Notes: generated by a model not told the origin, from the letters alone. Counted from the first letter of the stretch, positions 16,603 to 25,676 are shown. The stretch: DNA of 32,000 nt from Sinorhizobium meliloti (GCF_017876815.1 NZ_JAGIOS010000001.1:2970001-3002000); one strand, 5' to 3'. A program made the numbers and translations.

Positions 16603-17073
16603 ATGAACATGATCGAGCCGGCACCGGTCCGCAAGTCGGTTACGGTGCGTACATCGCCGCAGCAGGCGTTCGACGTTTTCGTCAGCGGAATGGGGACGTG
16701 GTGGATCAAGGGCCACAGCCTCACGCAGTCCGGCCAAAAGACGGTTGTGGTGGAGGCCGTCGCGGGTGGCCGCTGGTACGAGATCGGCAACGCGGGAGAG
16801 GAGTGCGAGTGGGGGCGTGTCATCGCTTGCGACCGACCGAACCGAGTTCTCTTCGACTGGCAGCTCAACGCCGATTTCGACTACGATCCCGGCCTGCATA
16901 CCGAAGTGGAGGTCCTGTTCGAGGCAAATGGGGAAGGTGGCACAACCGTCATTCTCGAGCACCGCCATCTTGAAAAATACGGCGTGAAGGCCAAGGAAAT
17001 GCGCGGCATTTTCGATTCGGAGAATGGCTGGGGCGGCCTGTTGGCGTCCTATATGGAGAAGGCAGCAGCTTGA
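16603..17073 (+). CDS. SRPBCC (AHSA1/START-like) family protein
   Basis: RBS GGAGGAGGA, 156 aa. The translation reads VTVRTSPQQAFDVFVSGMGTWW...GGRWYEI...WGRVIACDRPNRVLFDWQ. The ArsR+SRPBCC pairing is typical. Confidence 0.8.
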   Translation: MNMIEPAPVRKSVTVRTSPQQAFDVFVSGMGTWWIKGHSLTQSGQKTVVVEAVAGGRWYEIGNAGEECEWGRVIACDRPNRVLFDWQLNADFDYDPGLHTEVEVLFEANGEGGTTVILEHRHLEKYGVKAKEMRGIFDSENGWGGLLASYMEKAAA

Positions 17074-17150
17074 GTTCACGCGGGTTCCCGGACGCGTAGG
17101 GATGAGGAAATCAAGCAGGCCGCGGCGGGTATCCCGAAGCTCAACAGACC

Positions 17151-17813
17151 TTAATCCGGCTGCGAAATGCTGGCCATTCTGGCCAGCCGTTGGAATGCCG
17201 TCGGAGCCATGGGCTCTGCTTCGAGCCGCTTGCGGATGAGCGCGGCGCATTCGTCAGGCGTCATCATGGACGTGTCGACTGCGAGATCGTAGATACCGGG
17301 GCGATGCACCTCTCGCTGCCATGCGAGCACCTGGCGCGGAACAGGCTCCGCCTCGCTACCGGTGAGGTAACCGCCTTCGCGACCGGGCTGGCCGCGATTG
17401 CGTCGCTCCATTATCGTCTCGACCGGACACCGCACCCCGACGAAGAGGACGGGAAGGCCGAGAAGCCGGCGAGCGCAGTCGGGAAGGATATGGCGCGGTT
17501 CGCCATAGGCGTCGTGATGCCCGACATCGGCGACAACGTTCAGACCCAGCCGGCTATGCGCGGCAACGGACTCGTAGAGGGCAGCGTAGAAGAGAGGTAC
17601 GAGCGCTTCGATTTCAGGTAATTCACCGCCGGGCCGCAACCCGATACCCGGCAGGCAGCGGCGAGGCATTACTCGCTCCATGTAGGCGTCGACGCCAAGG
17701 TTCATCCATGGTCCGTCGAATGTCTCCTGGATCGCCTCGGCTATGCTCGACTTGCCGGATCGTGGCGCCCCGTTGAGGATGACGATCCGTCCAGGATTGC
17801 AGCCGCTTTTCAT
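17151..17813 (-). CDS. Chloramphenicol phosphotransferase-like P-loop kinase family protein
   Basis: Walker A motif in IVILNGAPRSGKSSIA. The overall CPT-like pattern follows (WMNLGVDAY..., VGVRCP). RBS AAGGAG. Confidence 0.75.
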   Translation of the reverse strand: MKSGCNPGRIVILNGAPRSGKSSIAEAIQETFDGPWMNLGVDAYMERVMPRRCLPGIGLRPGGELPEIEALVPLFYAALYESVAAHSRLGLNVVADVGHHDAYGEPRHILPDCARRLLGLPVLFVGVRCPVETIMERRNRGQPGREGGYLTGSEAEPVPRQVLAWQREVHRPGIYDLAVDTSMMTPDECAALIRKRLEAEPMAPTAFQRLARMASISQPD

Positions 17814-17867
17814 CGGATCTCCTTGGCCGTCGACACAAGGTTCGGCTATTCGAAGCGGTGAGACGGA

Positions 17868-19919
17868 CTACTCCCTGCTGCGTCGCCGCCTGCGGCCGCT
17901 TCCTTCGCCACCGTCATCGGTCAATGACTTGCGCGCCGGCAGGGTAACCACTTCGGCGAGTTTCGGGAAGGCATCCACCTTGTTCGGCATCGCCATGGCG
18001 TTGACGAAATGCTCCTGAAACTTCGATTCAAGCGCCGTCTCTATCTTCTCGATTTTCCTCACTGTTTGCTCGATCTCGCGGCGGTGACCGCGATTGAGGA
18101 GCGCCATCAGCGCGCCTGTGCCGGCGGCATTGCCGACCGCCTTCACCTCAGTGAGGTCGCAATCGGGGATCAGGCCGAGCACCATGGCATATTTCGGATC
18201 GATGAACGAGCCGAAGGCACCGGCAAAACGGATCGTGTCGACGTGATCGACACCTTGTTTCTCCATGAGCAGCTTGATGCCGGCATAAAGCGCCGACTTG
18301 GCGAGCTGGATCGCTCTGATATCGTTCTGCGTCACGGTGATGCGCTGTTCGCCTTCGTGGAGCAGATAGGAGAAGGTGCGGCCGTTCGGGATGATGCGCG
18401 GGCTCTTCGCGACCATAGCGCCGTCGACGACGCCGTCCTGCGAAATGATGCCAGTGAGGTACATCTCCGCGACGACTTCGATGATCGCCGAGCCACAGAT
18501 TCCTGTGACACCGACTGCTGCAGCTGCCTCGGCGAAGCCTTCTTCATTCGACCATTTGTCGACGCCGATTACCCGGAACCGCGGCTCCAGCGTCTCGGGA
18601 TCGATGCGGACGCGCTCGATCGCTCCGGGTGCGGCTCGTTGACCGGAGGAGATCTCTGCCCCCTCGAAGGCCGGGCCGGTCGGCGATGAGGCGGCGACGA
18701 CGCGCTCCCTGTTGCCGAGCACGATCTCGGCATTGGTGCCGACATCGACGAGCAGCATCATCTTGTCCTGACGATGCGGCCCTTCGGAAAGCGTCGCACC
18801 CGCGGCGTCCGCTCCGACATGGCCGGCGATGCAGGGGAGCATATAAAGGCGCGCGCCGCGATTGACCTCTATGTCGATTTCGTGCGCCCAATATTGCAAG
18901 GCGCCGGATACGGCCAGCGCGAATGGCGCCTGTCCGAGCTCCGTCGGATCGATCCCGAGGAACAGGTGATGCATGATCGGATTGGCGACGACGACCATGT
19001 CGAGAATGTCGTGGCGGTCGACCTCGCCCTCAGCGCAGACCTTGCCGATCAGGCCGTTCAACGCTTCGCGGACCGCCTTGGTCATCGCCTCGCGGCCATC
19101 CGGATTCATCATCACATAGGAGACGCGGCTCATCAGATCCTCACCGAAGCGGATCTGCGGATTCGATGTGCCGGAGGAGGCCACGATGCGTCCGGAGAGC
19201 AGCGATACGAGATGCATCGCGATCGTCGTCGAGCCAATGTCGCAGGCGACGCCATAGGCCTCGTTCTTCAATCCCGGCCAGAGAGCGACAATGAAGGGAC
19301 GGGAGGAGTCCATGTCGCGGTGGATCGCCGCAGTCACGGCCCAATTGCCCTTGCGCAATATGCCTTGGACCTGGGGGATCAGGTGGGGGGCGATCAGAAG
19401 GTCCTTCCAACCCCAGTCCTTTTCCAGGACGGCCTTCATCCGATCGAGATCGCCGAGCGGCTTATGCATGTCCGGTTCGTCGATCTCGACATAGCACAGT
19501 TGCACCGCCGCGTTGCGCTCGATCACACGATCGCTTGCGGCCTTGCGCACCACCTGCGCGTTGATGACGGTGTCCTGCGGGACGTCGATGACGAGATCGC
19601 CGAGAATCTGGGACGAACAGGACAGCCGCCGCCCGTCCGGCAATTCGCGCACGCTCGCGTAACGCTGCTCCTTGGGACCGATCGGCGAGATATGGTCGCT
19701 GGACGAAACGATCTTGTGCTTGGCGAAATTGCCTTCCTGGACGGAAACCTGGCAACGTCCGCAGGTGGCGCGGCCGCCACAGACGCTTTCGACATAGACC
19801 CCGAGCGAACGTGCGGCGTCGAGGATCGGCGTACCGACGGGGAAACGGCCGCGTTTGCCGGAGGGCATGAAGAGCACCAGCGGATCGTTCTTTTCGTCCT
19901 TCGAGGGCACGTTCAACAT
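17868..19919 (-). CDS. Corrinoid reductive activase (RACE/AcsV-like): N-terminal [2Fe-2S] ferredoxin + ASKHA ATPase (DUF4445)
   Basis: From ATG 19919 the plant-type ferredoxin motif CGGRATCGRCQV...SC is present. ASKHA phosphate motifs follow (GVACDIGSTTIAMHL, LLVDVGTNAEIVLG). Confidence 0.85.
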   Translation of the reverse strand: MLNVPSKDEKNDPLVLFMPSGKRGRFPVGTPILDAARSLGVYVESVCGGRATCGRCQVSVQEGNFAKHKIVSSSDHISPIGPKEQRYASVRELPDGRRLSCSSQILGDLVIDVPQDTVINAQVVRKAASDRVIERNAAVQLCYVEIDEPDMHKPLGDLDRMKAVLEKDWGWKDLLIAPHLIPQVQGILRKGNWAVTAAIHRDMDSSRPFIVALWPGLKNEAYGVACDIGSTTIAMHLVSLLSGRIVASSGTSNPQIRFGEDLMSRVSYVMMNPDGREAMTKAVREALNGLIGKVCAEGEVDRHDILDMVVVANPIMHHLFLGIDPTELGQAPFALAVSGALQYWAHEIDIEVNRGARLYMLPCIAGHVGADAAGATLSEGPHRQDKMMLLVDVGTNAEIVLGNRERVVAASSPTGPAFEGAEISSGQRAAPGAIERVRIDPETLEPRFRVIGVDKWSNEEGFAEAAAAVGVTGICGSAIIEVVAEMYLTGIISQDGVVDGAMVAKSPRIIPNGRTFSYLLHEGEQRITVTQNDIRAIQLAKSALYAGIKLLMEKQGVDHVDTIRFAGAFGSFIDPKYAMVLGLIPDCDLTEVKAVGNAAGTGALMALLNRGHRREIEQTVRKIEKIETALESKFQEHFVNAMAMPNKVDAFPKLAEVVTLPARKSLTDDGGEGSGRRRRRSRE

Positions 19920-19938
19920 TTTCTGTCTCGCCAGCAGT

Positions 19939-20277
19939 TTATTTCGCGAGCCGGCGGGCGTTTGCCCGCACGCGCTTGGCATAGGGCCGAACTGCGGCCG
20001 CCGCTATCCGGTTGTGCGCGGCGGCAGAGCCCGGCTTTCCGGCGGCAAGTGCCGCGGCCGCACTCATTCCTTCCTTCACCAGGGCGACATTGGCGGCGAC
20101 GACGCTTTCGGCGACGGCCGCCATTTTTTCAGTCACCATCCGGCTTGCCTCGACATAGTCGGTTGCCGAGCCGGTGATAGCGGCGACGGCCATGGCCTGC
20201 GTACGCGCGGCGATGACCATCGGAGCCTGAAACCAGAGTGCCGCCAGGTCGCTGGCGAAGGAGTGGTGCTTGGCCAT
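19939..20277 (-). CDS. Ala-rich hypothetical protein, tightly coupled to the upstream methyltransferase gene
   Basis: 112 aa. Its start lies 2 nt after the stop of the upstream gene (TAAAAATG). No domain recognised with confidence. Confidence 0.5.
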   Translation of the reverse strand: MAKHHSFASDLAALWFQAPMVIAARTQAMAVAAITGSATDYVEASRMVTEKMAAVAESVVAANVALVKEGMSAAAALAAGKPGSAAAHNRIAAAAVRPYAKRVRANARRLAK

Positions 20278-20279
20278 TT

Positions 20280-21242
20280 TTACTCCGCCCGTGCGACGCC
20301 GGCGCGCGCCGCGCGTCCGCCGCGCCGCCCGCCGGCACCCGCCGGTGCTGCCGCAGCGGCGACGGCATGGCCGCCTTCGGCCGGCTTGTGGTCGCGATAG
20401 GTCATGATCCAGTTTGTGCAGTTCGGGTCGGTGCCGTTAAGCACGTTTGCGGCTCGAACCGCCTCCATCTCCTGCGGACGGCAGGGGTTCATGATGGCCG
20501 AGGTCATACCGGCGCCGATAACCATGGGGATGAAGCCGGCGTTGATGCCGTGGCGGTGCGGCAGGCCGAAGGAGATGTTGGAGAGGCCGCAGGTGGTGTT
20601 GACCTTGAGCTCTTCGCGAAGGCGGCGAAGCAGCGCGAAGACCTGCTGGCCCGCAGATCCCAGTGCGCCGATGGGCATGACGAGCGGATCGACGACGATA
20701 TCGTGCGGCTTGATGCCGTAATCGGCGGCGCGCTCGACGATCTTCTTGGCGACCGCGAAGCGGACGTCCGGGTCCATCGAAATGCCGGTCTCGTCATTGG
20801 AGATCGCCACCACCGGAACGTCGTATTTCTTGCAGAGCGGCAGGATCGCTTCGAGCTTTTCCTCCTCGCCGGTCACCGAATTGACGAGCGGGCGGCCCTT
20901 TGCAACGCGCAGGCCGGCTTCGATGGCGGCGGTAACCGAACTGTCGATCGACAGCGGCACGTCGACGAGGCCCTGAACGATCTCCAGCGTCTTGACGAGG
21001 AGCGGCGGCTCGGTCTCGTTCGGGTCGACGGCCGTCACGCCCGCATTGACGTCGAGCATCGTCGCGCCGGCGGCAACCTGCTCCAGCGCATCCTTGATCA
21101 CGGTGTCGAAGTTGCCCTCGATCATCTCGGCGGCGAGCTTCTTACGGCCGGTCGGATTGATGCGTTCGCCGATGACGCAGAAGGGCTGGTCGAAGCCGAT
21201 GATGATCTCGCGTGTGGCGGAGGCGACGATGGTGCGGGTCAT
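20280..21242 (-). CDS. Pterin-binding methyltransferase (methyltetrahydrofolate:corrinoid methyltransferase, AcsE/MtrH/CmuB-like)
   Basis: The translation reads FCVIGERINPTGRKKLAAEMIEGNFDTVIKDALEQVAAGATMLDVNAG...LSIDSS...LVNSVTGEE...TCGLSNISFGLP. Confidence 0.85.
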   Translation of the reverse strand: MTRTIVASATREIIIGFDQPFCVIGERINPTGRKKLAAEMIEGNFDTVIKDALEQVAAGATMLDVNAGVTAVDPNETEPPLLVKTLEIVQGLVDVPLSIDSSVTAAIEAGLRVAKGRPLVNSVTGEEEKLEAILPLCKKYDVPVVAISNDETGISMDPDVRFAVAKKIVERAADYGIKPHDIVVDPLVMPIGALGSAGQQVFALLRRLREELKVNTTCGLSNISFGLPHRHGINAGFIPMVIGAGMTSAIMNPCRPQEMEAVRAANVLNGTDPNCTNWIMTYRDHKPAEGGHAVAAAAAPAGAGGRRGGRAARAGVARAE

Positions 21243-21362
21243 ATAAGATCCTCTGAACCTTGAGCGTTGGCCTATGTAATAGGGCCGTTCTGTGTTTGTA
21301 AGGCGCTGGACGAGCAGGAGCGCCGGTTATCCTCTGCTAAAGCCGCCGATCACGGCTTTGTC

Positions 21363-22454
21363 TCAATGCGGGTGGTGCGCGGCGGCCTCGGCCATCTGCT
21401 GCTGATTTTCTTCTTTGCCTTCGCGGATATGTTCCAGCCGCTCGGCAACCAGCGCGTCGGTCGGCGCGGCTTCGCGCGTCCAGGGTTTACGGCCCCTCAG
21501 GACACCTGATTCATGGACGATTTCGGCAACGTATTCCTCCTGGCGATAGGCCATGACGTGGACGCCGGAGACGCCCTCGATCTCCTTCACCTCGTTCATG
21601 ATGTCGATGCAGAGTTGCTTACCTTCCTTTTTCTGGTCCTGGGCGCCCTCGAGCCGTTTGATGATGCTGTCCGGAATGTGGATTCCCGGAACATTGGAGC
21701 GGATCCAGCGGGCAGTCTTGGCGGATGCCATCGGCCCGACGCCCACCAGGATGTAGCACCTCTCGTGAAGACCGAGATCGCGCACCTTCTTCATGTATTC
21801 GCGAAACATCGGAACGTCGAAGCAATACTGGCTCTGCACGAACTGTGCGCCGGCCTCGATCTTCTTGGCGAGGCGATAGGGGCGGAAATCATAGGGCGGA
21901 GCGAAGGGGTTGATCGCTGCTCCGAGGAATACCTGGGGCGGCGTCGTCAGCTTGCGGCCCGAAAGGAACTTGGAATTGTCGCGCATGATGCGCACCGTCT
22001 CGAGCAGGGACATGCAGTCGAGATCGAAAACCGGCTTGGCCCCGGGCTGATCGCCCGCCTGCACGCCGTCGCCGGTGAGGCACATGATGTTCTGGACGCC
22101 CATGGCCGAGGCGCCGAGCACGTCCCCCTGAATCGCGATGCGGTTCTTGTCGCGGCAGGCGATCTGCATGATCGGCGCATAGCCCATGCGCGTCAGGAGC
22201 GCGCAGATGCCGACGGATGACATGTGGCAGTTGGCGCCCGAAGCGTCGACCGCGTTGATGCCGTCCACCCATCCGTCGAAGATTGCCGCGCGCTCGTAGA
22301 CGTCCTGGGGATCGGCGCTGTCCGGCGGATTGAGCTCGGCCGTCACTGCGAACTCGCCGCGGCGCAGCACGCGCTCCAACCGCCCGCGCGAGGAATGGCC
22401 GGGCAGGGGGTCGAGCGGAGCGCCTGGATCGTGGGGATTGATGTCCGGGCTCAT
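21363..22454 (-). CDS. metF: Methylenetetrahydrofolate reductase (MetF-like catalytic subunit)
   Basis: The MTHFR TIM-barrel pattern is present: FAVTAELNPPDS...INAVDASGANCHMSS...IMQIACRDKNRIAIQGDVLGA...IMCLTGD. Confidence 0.85.
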   Translation of the reverse strand: MSPDINPHDPGAPLDPLPGHSSRGRLERVLRRGEFAVTAELNPPDSADPQDVYERAAIFDGWVDGINAVDASGANCHMSSVGICALLTRMGYAPIMQIACRDKNRIAIQGDVLGASAMGVQNIMCLTGDGVQAGDQPGAKPVFDLDCMSLLETVRIMRDNSKFLSGRKLTTPPQVFLGAAINPFAPPYDFRPYRLAKKIEAGAQFVQSQYCFDVPMFREYMKKVRDLGLHERCYILVGVGPMASAKTARWIRSNVPGIHIPDSIIKRLEGAQDQKKEGKQLCIDIMNEVKEIEGVSGVHVMAYRQEEYVAEIVHESGVLRGRKPWTREAAPTDALVAERLEHIREGKEENQQQMAEAAAHHPH

Positions 22455-23038
22455 TGCTGCGGGCCTTCCTTCTTCGCCGCTTCGCGGGCGGCCGCGGCCT
22501 CGGCCGTTACCCGCAACCAGGACGAGGTTTCGCGCAGCGACTGGTTGACCGGCTTCTGCACGTTCATGATCGCATCACCCTTCACCATGTTCTGCGAGCC
22601 CTTCCACGCCTGCACCCAGACACAGGGCATGTCCGGCTCGACTTCGCAATTGCCGTTTGCGCGTACGCCGCCGCAGGGCCCGTTCCTGAGCTGCTTCGGA
22701 CAGTTCATGGGGCACGACATGCCGGTTGAGGACAGCGCGCACTGCCCGCACATGCGACAGTCGAAGAGGAAGCCCTTGACGTGGCGCTCGACGAATGTCA
22801 CGGGCCTTTCAACCCGGTTGTAGCCAATTGCGTTCCACAGAGGATGGAGAAGCAGGAACATGTCGGCGAAACGGTTGTAGAACCACTCGAGGAAACGCGA
22901 ATTGCGTACGGCCCAGAGACGCACCGTGTATTTGTGGCGCGAGCGGCGGCTGGGCGACACGCCCTGGGGTGTATAGGCGCCCGTCGCCGCCTTCCTGGCG
23001 GACTGGGCGTTGCCGGTCACGACCTTCGGGTCAGGCAT
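22451..23038 (-). CDS. MTHFR C-terminal-domain (MetV-like) Cys-rich protein
   Basis: From ATG 23038 (RBS GGAGG). The Cys-rich core reads CRMCGQCALSSTGMSCPMNCPKQLRNGPCGGVRANGNCEV. An ATGA overlap joins it to metF. Confidence 0.8.
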   Translation of the reverse strand: MPDPKVVTGNAQSARKAATGAYTPQGVSPSRRSRHKYTVRLWAVRNSRFLEWFYNRFADMFLLLHPLWNAIGYNRVERPVTFVERHVKGFLFDCRMCGQCALSSTGMSCPMNCPKQLRNGPCGGVRANGNCEVEPDMPCVWVQAWKGSQNMVKGDAIMNVQKPVNQSLRETSSWLRVTAEAAAAREAAKKEGPQQ

Positions 23039-23333
23039 TGTCCCGGCCTCCGGCCTTGATGAGTGCGACGAGGCGCTCCCGGTCAAAGGCGGCTTCCAAT
23101 TCGGCCGCCGCCCTGTCGGCTTCCGCCTCGAGGTCGTCGGAGACTGGAACGGGATCGGCCTTGCGCCATTCGGCAAGGTAGTCGTCGGTCTCGGCGGCGC
23201 CGGTGCGCATGGCGCACATGTCGATCGCCTCGGTGAAGCGCAGCGAGAGCTCGCGCTTGGCGGTCTTGCGGCCCTGCTTGATGATGACTTGCGCGGGGAT
23301 ATCGCGCCAGTAGACGATAATGCGGTCTGCCAT
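23031..23333 (-). CDS. 'Virulence factor'-family small protein (PF13769-like), first gene of the THF operon
   Basis: 100 aa beginning MADRIIVYWRDIPAQVIIKQGRKTAKRELSLRF. An 8-nt overlap joins it to the downstream MetV-like gene. Confidence 0.65.
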   Translation of the reverse strand: MADRIIVYWRDIPAQVIIKQGRKTAKRELSLRFTEAIDMCAMRTGAAETDDYLAEWRKADPVPVSDDLEAEADRAAAELEAAFDRERLVALIKAGGRDNA

Positions 23334-23639
23334 CGGATTCCTGTTCTCCTATAAGGGCGACAATGCGCATGTCCACGCGCCGTGGCTCACCTTGCCACGA
23401 CGTCCGATATGTCCAAAAACGACGCTGCACAATCACGCATCCGAACCTTGCGCTCGCGGAGCGCGCCGCTTGCGCCGGCGCGGCGAAATGCCTGCCTTAT
23501 CGGCGGCGACAAAGGACCGGGAACACGCGTGCACCGGCGCCTCGGATGGTCCTTAAGAATATCATGAATCTTGCATTCACTGCGCGTTCACCTGGCCGGC
23601 GGCAAAAGCTCTGACCTATTCGAACAGATAGGTGTGGAG

Positions 23640-24107
23640 ATGAAGAAGATTGGGATCCTGTTCCTCGCGGCTGTGACGGCTTTCACCGGCTATGCGCCTG
23701 CGCAAGCCATGCCCGTCCCAACCGTTCCGGTGTCGCAGACGATCGACGTGCAGATGGTCGACCACCGCGGCTGGCATGGTCACCGGCATCGCCCGCGGCA
23801 CGGCTGGCGCCGGCACGGCCATCGACACTGCTGGTATAACGGGCATCGCGGCTACAACTATCGCCGCCACGGCTACCGCCGGCACAGCGACGGCTGGTGG
23901 TATCCACTGGGAGCCTTCGGTGCCGGTATGATCATCGGCGGCGCCATCGCCCAGCCGCGTTACGCAGAGCCACGCTATGCGGCGCCGGGAATGCCTGCCA
24001 GCCACGTCAACTGGTGCTATGACCGCTACCGCTCGTACCGCGCTGCGGACAATTCCTACCAGCCCTATGGCGGCCCAAGACAGCAGTGCTATTCGCCTTA
24101 CTACTGA
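23640..24107 (+). CDS. BA14K-family secreted protein with a His/Arg-rich central region
   Basis: Signal peptide MKKIGILFLAAVTAFTGYAPAQA. The C-terminal BA14K motif reads HVNWCYDRYRSYRAADNSYQPYGGPRQQCYSPY. Confidence 0.8.
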   Translation: MKKIGILFLAAVTAFTGYAPAQAMPVPTVPVSQTIDVQMVDHRGWHGHRHRPRHGWRRHGHRHCWYNGHRGYNYRRHGYRRHSDGWWYPLGAFGAGMIIGGAIAQPRYAEPRYAAPGMPASHVNWCYDRYRSYRAADNSYQPYGGPRQQCYSPYY

Positions 24108-24120
24108 GGTCGTCGAGCAT

Positions 24121-24148
24121 TGTCCCTCCGGCAACGCACGGAGGGACA
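24121..24148. terminator. 10-bp-stem hairpin tgtccctccg-gcaacgca-cggagggaca between convergent genes
   Basis: Perfect inverted repeat, followed by a T-rich run (cccttctttcat). Confidence 0.55.
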
Positions 24149-24199
24149 GCCGGCCCTTCTTTCATCGGACGATGACTTCAGATCCGACCGAAGATCCGC

Positions 24200-24373
24200 T
24201 CAGTAGCCGGAGCTGCCGCCGCCGGAACCGCCCATGCTGCCGCTACCGGCGCCTTCGCCGGAGCCGCCGCTTTGTTGAGGGCTGTTGCTGTTCCGGGCCG
24301 ACTGGCTGCTCATGCAGCCTGCCATCGTCAAAAGGGCGAGCGCGGCTGCGACGATCGATGATCTGCCGGTCAT
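24200..24373 (-). CDS. 57-aa Gly/Ser-rich putative lipoprotein (below the ORF-track size cut-off)
   Basis: Hand translation gives MTGRSSIVAAALALLTMAGCMSSQSARNSNSPQQSGGSGEGAGSGSMGGSGGGSSGY. RBS GGAGAA is 5 nt upstream. Lipobox-like LTMAGC. Confidence 0.55.
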   Translation of the reverse strand: MTGRSSIVAAALALLTMAGCMSSQSARNSNSPQQSGGSGEGAGSGSMGGSGGGSSGY

Positions 24374-24517
24374 GACGTTCTCCGATCACCGGATTTGACA
24401 TGAGGAATATCTAATATTCTCTCATCTGTCGGCTAAAGACAAGATTCCCACCACGCTTGATTTCTCGCAGGCATGCATCATCTTTTCTTGGATTGCCGGG
24501 CTGTCTCCGAGGGTGTC

Positions 24518-24664
24518 ATGTCGAAGACCGTATTTGCAGTTCTAATCCTGATCTTCGCTTCGTCCTGCGCCAACACGGCACGGGGATTCAGGGAAGACGG
24601 AACGCAAACTGGCCATGCCGTCGACCGGGCGACCCATCGGGTCTTGAGCGCGGGGGCGCAGTAG
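24518..24664 (+). CDS. Entericidin A/B-family lipoprotein
   Basis: From the internal ATG at 24518 (RBS GAGGG) the translation reads MSKTVFAVLILIFASSCANTARGFREDGTQTGHAV. It resembles EcnA/EcnB (C-NT-x-RG-x-G-x-D). Confidence 0.75.
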   Translation: MSKTVFAVLILIFASSCANTARGFREDGTQTGHAVDRATHRVLSAGAQ

Positions 24665-24681
24665 CAGGCAGGTCCCTCTGT

Positions 24682-25491
24682 CTACCACCTGCCGTGCCGC
24701 AGGCCATTCCAGAACCAAGTCCAGACCGGGGGATGGTACCACTGCCGCGACGGGGCCGCGATGGCGATCGGGCGCAGTTTCCCGGCAAGGGCGTCCTCGA
24801 CCGCACGGATGGCGATGTCGGTTGAGGCGGCCGTCTGGAGAAGGGGGTAGGTGTGGATCGTGTCGGCGCGGCGCGGCGTCTGCCGCGATTGATAGAGGAT
24901 GCCGCCGGTGTCGACGCCTTCGTCGACGAGATGGACGGTCGCGCCGAAATTCTCGGGATCGTTGTTGGCCAGCGCCCAGTAGCCTCCCATCAAGCCGCGA
25001 TATTGCGGGTTGATGCCGGCATGGAAATTCAGAATCGGACAATTGACGGCAGCAAGCGTTTCCGGCTTCAACATGCGGCAACTGATTAGGAAGAGGACGG
25101 CGGGTTTCAGTAGCTGAAGCATTGCATGGCCGTCCGCGTCGTTGATCGAGTCAACGCGGTGGACGGGCACCGTCCGGTTGGGCGCGGCGGACGCATCATT
25201 CTCGCGAAGAATCTCGGCTGCCCGACGCCGGGTGAAGCGCTTGCCGATGCGGGAGACGAACATCGTCGCAAGTTGCCCGAGTGCCATTACCCATCCGAGT
25301 TTGCGCGCACGCCGCATGACGAAGAGCGCCTTTGATTCCGGCTCCTCCTGCAAAATTGCAACATTCGTGAAGCGCGCAGCCAATGCGTTGATCATGATGT
25401 TCGCATTGTCGCCTCCGGCGGTCACCACGACGATGCGTCCCTTGTGCTCGGCGCTCGACAGCGCCCCTTTTTCAGATTTCACGTTACACAT
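24682..25491 (-). CDS. Formyltransferase-family protein (THF-binding fold), atypical N-terminal region
   Basis: The formyl_trans_N motifs ILNFHAGINPQYRGLMG and VHLVDEGVDTGGIL are present. The start is uncertain: ATG 25491 has no clear RBS, and upstream in-frame starts exist up to 25680. Confidence 0.75.
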   Translation of the reverse strand: MCNVKSEKGALSSAEHKGRIVVVTAGGDNANIMINALAARFTNVAILQEEPESKALFVMRRARKLGWVMALGQLATMFVSRIGKRFTRRRAAEILRENDASAAPNRTVPVHRVDSINDADGHAMLQLLKPAVLFLISCRMLKPETLAAVNCPILNFHAGINPQYRGLMGGYWALANNDPENFGATVHLVDEGVDTGGILYQSRQTPRRADTIHTYPLLQTAASTDIAIRAVEDALAGKLRPIAIAAPSRQWYHPPVWTWFWNGLRHGRW

Positions 25492-25676
25492 CAGCGGATC
25501 GCGACAAGAATTTGCGCCAGATGGGATTTGAGGTGCGCTGCGCGGCAGGTCAGCGCAGGAAATATGCCGTCGATACGTTAGTACAGCCTTAAGCTGTGCC
25601 CTGCAAACGATCCCGAAGGATCGCGGGGCCATCGCACCGCCGACGAGGCGTGAGTGCCGGGACCGGAGAGAGCGGA

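Noticed and set aside
24395-24418. Sigma70-like TTGACA plus a GAATAT-cta-ATATTC inverted repeat between the small lipoprotein and the first entericidin gene.
   Set aside because: No -10 hexamer lies at an acceptable spacing from TTGACA. The 6-bp inverted repeat is short and AT-rich enough to occur by chance, so I have not reported it as a feature.
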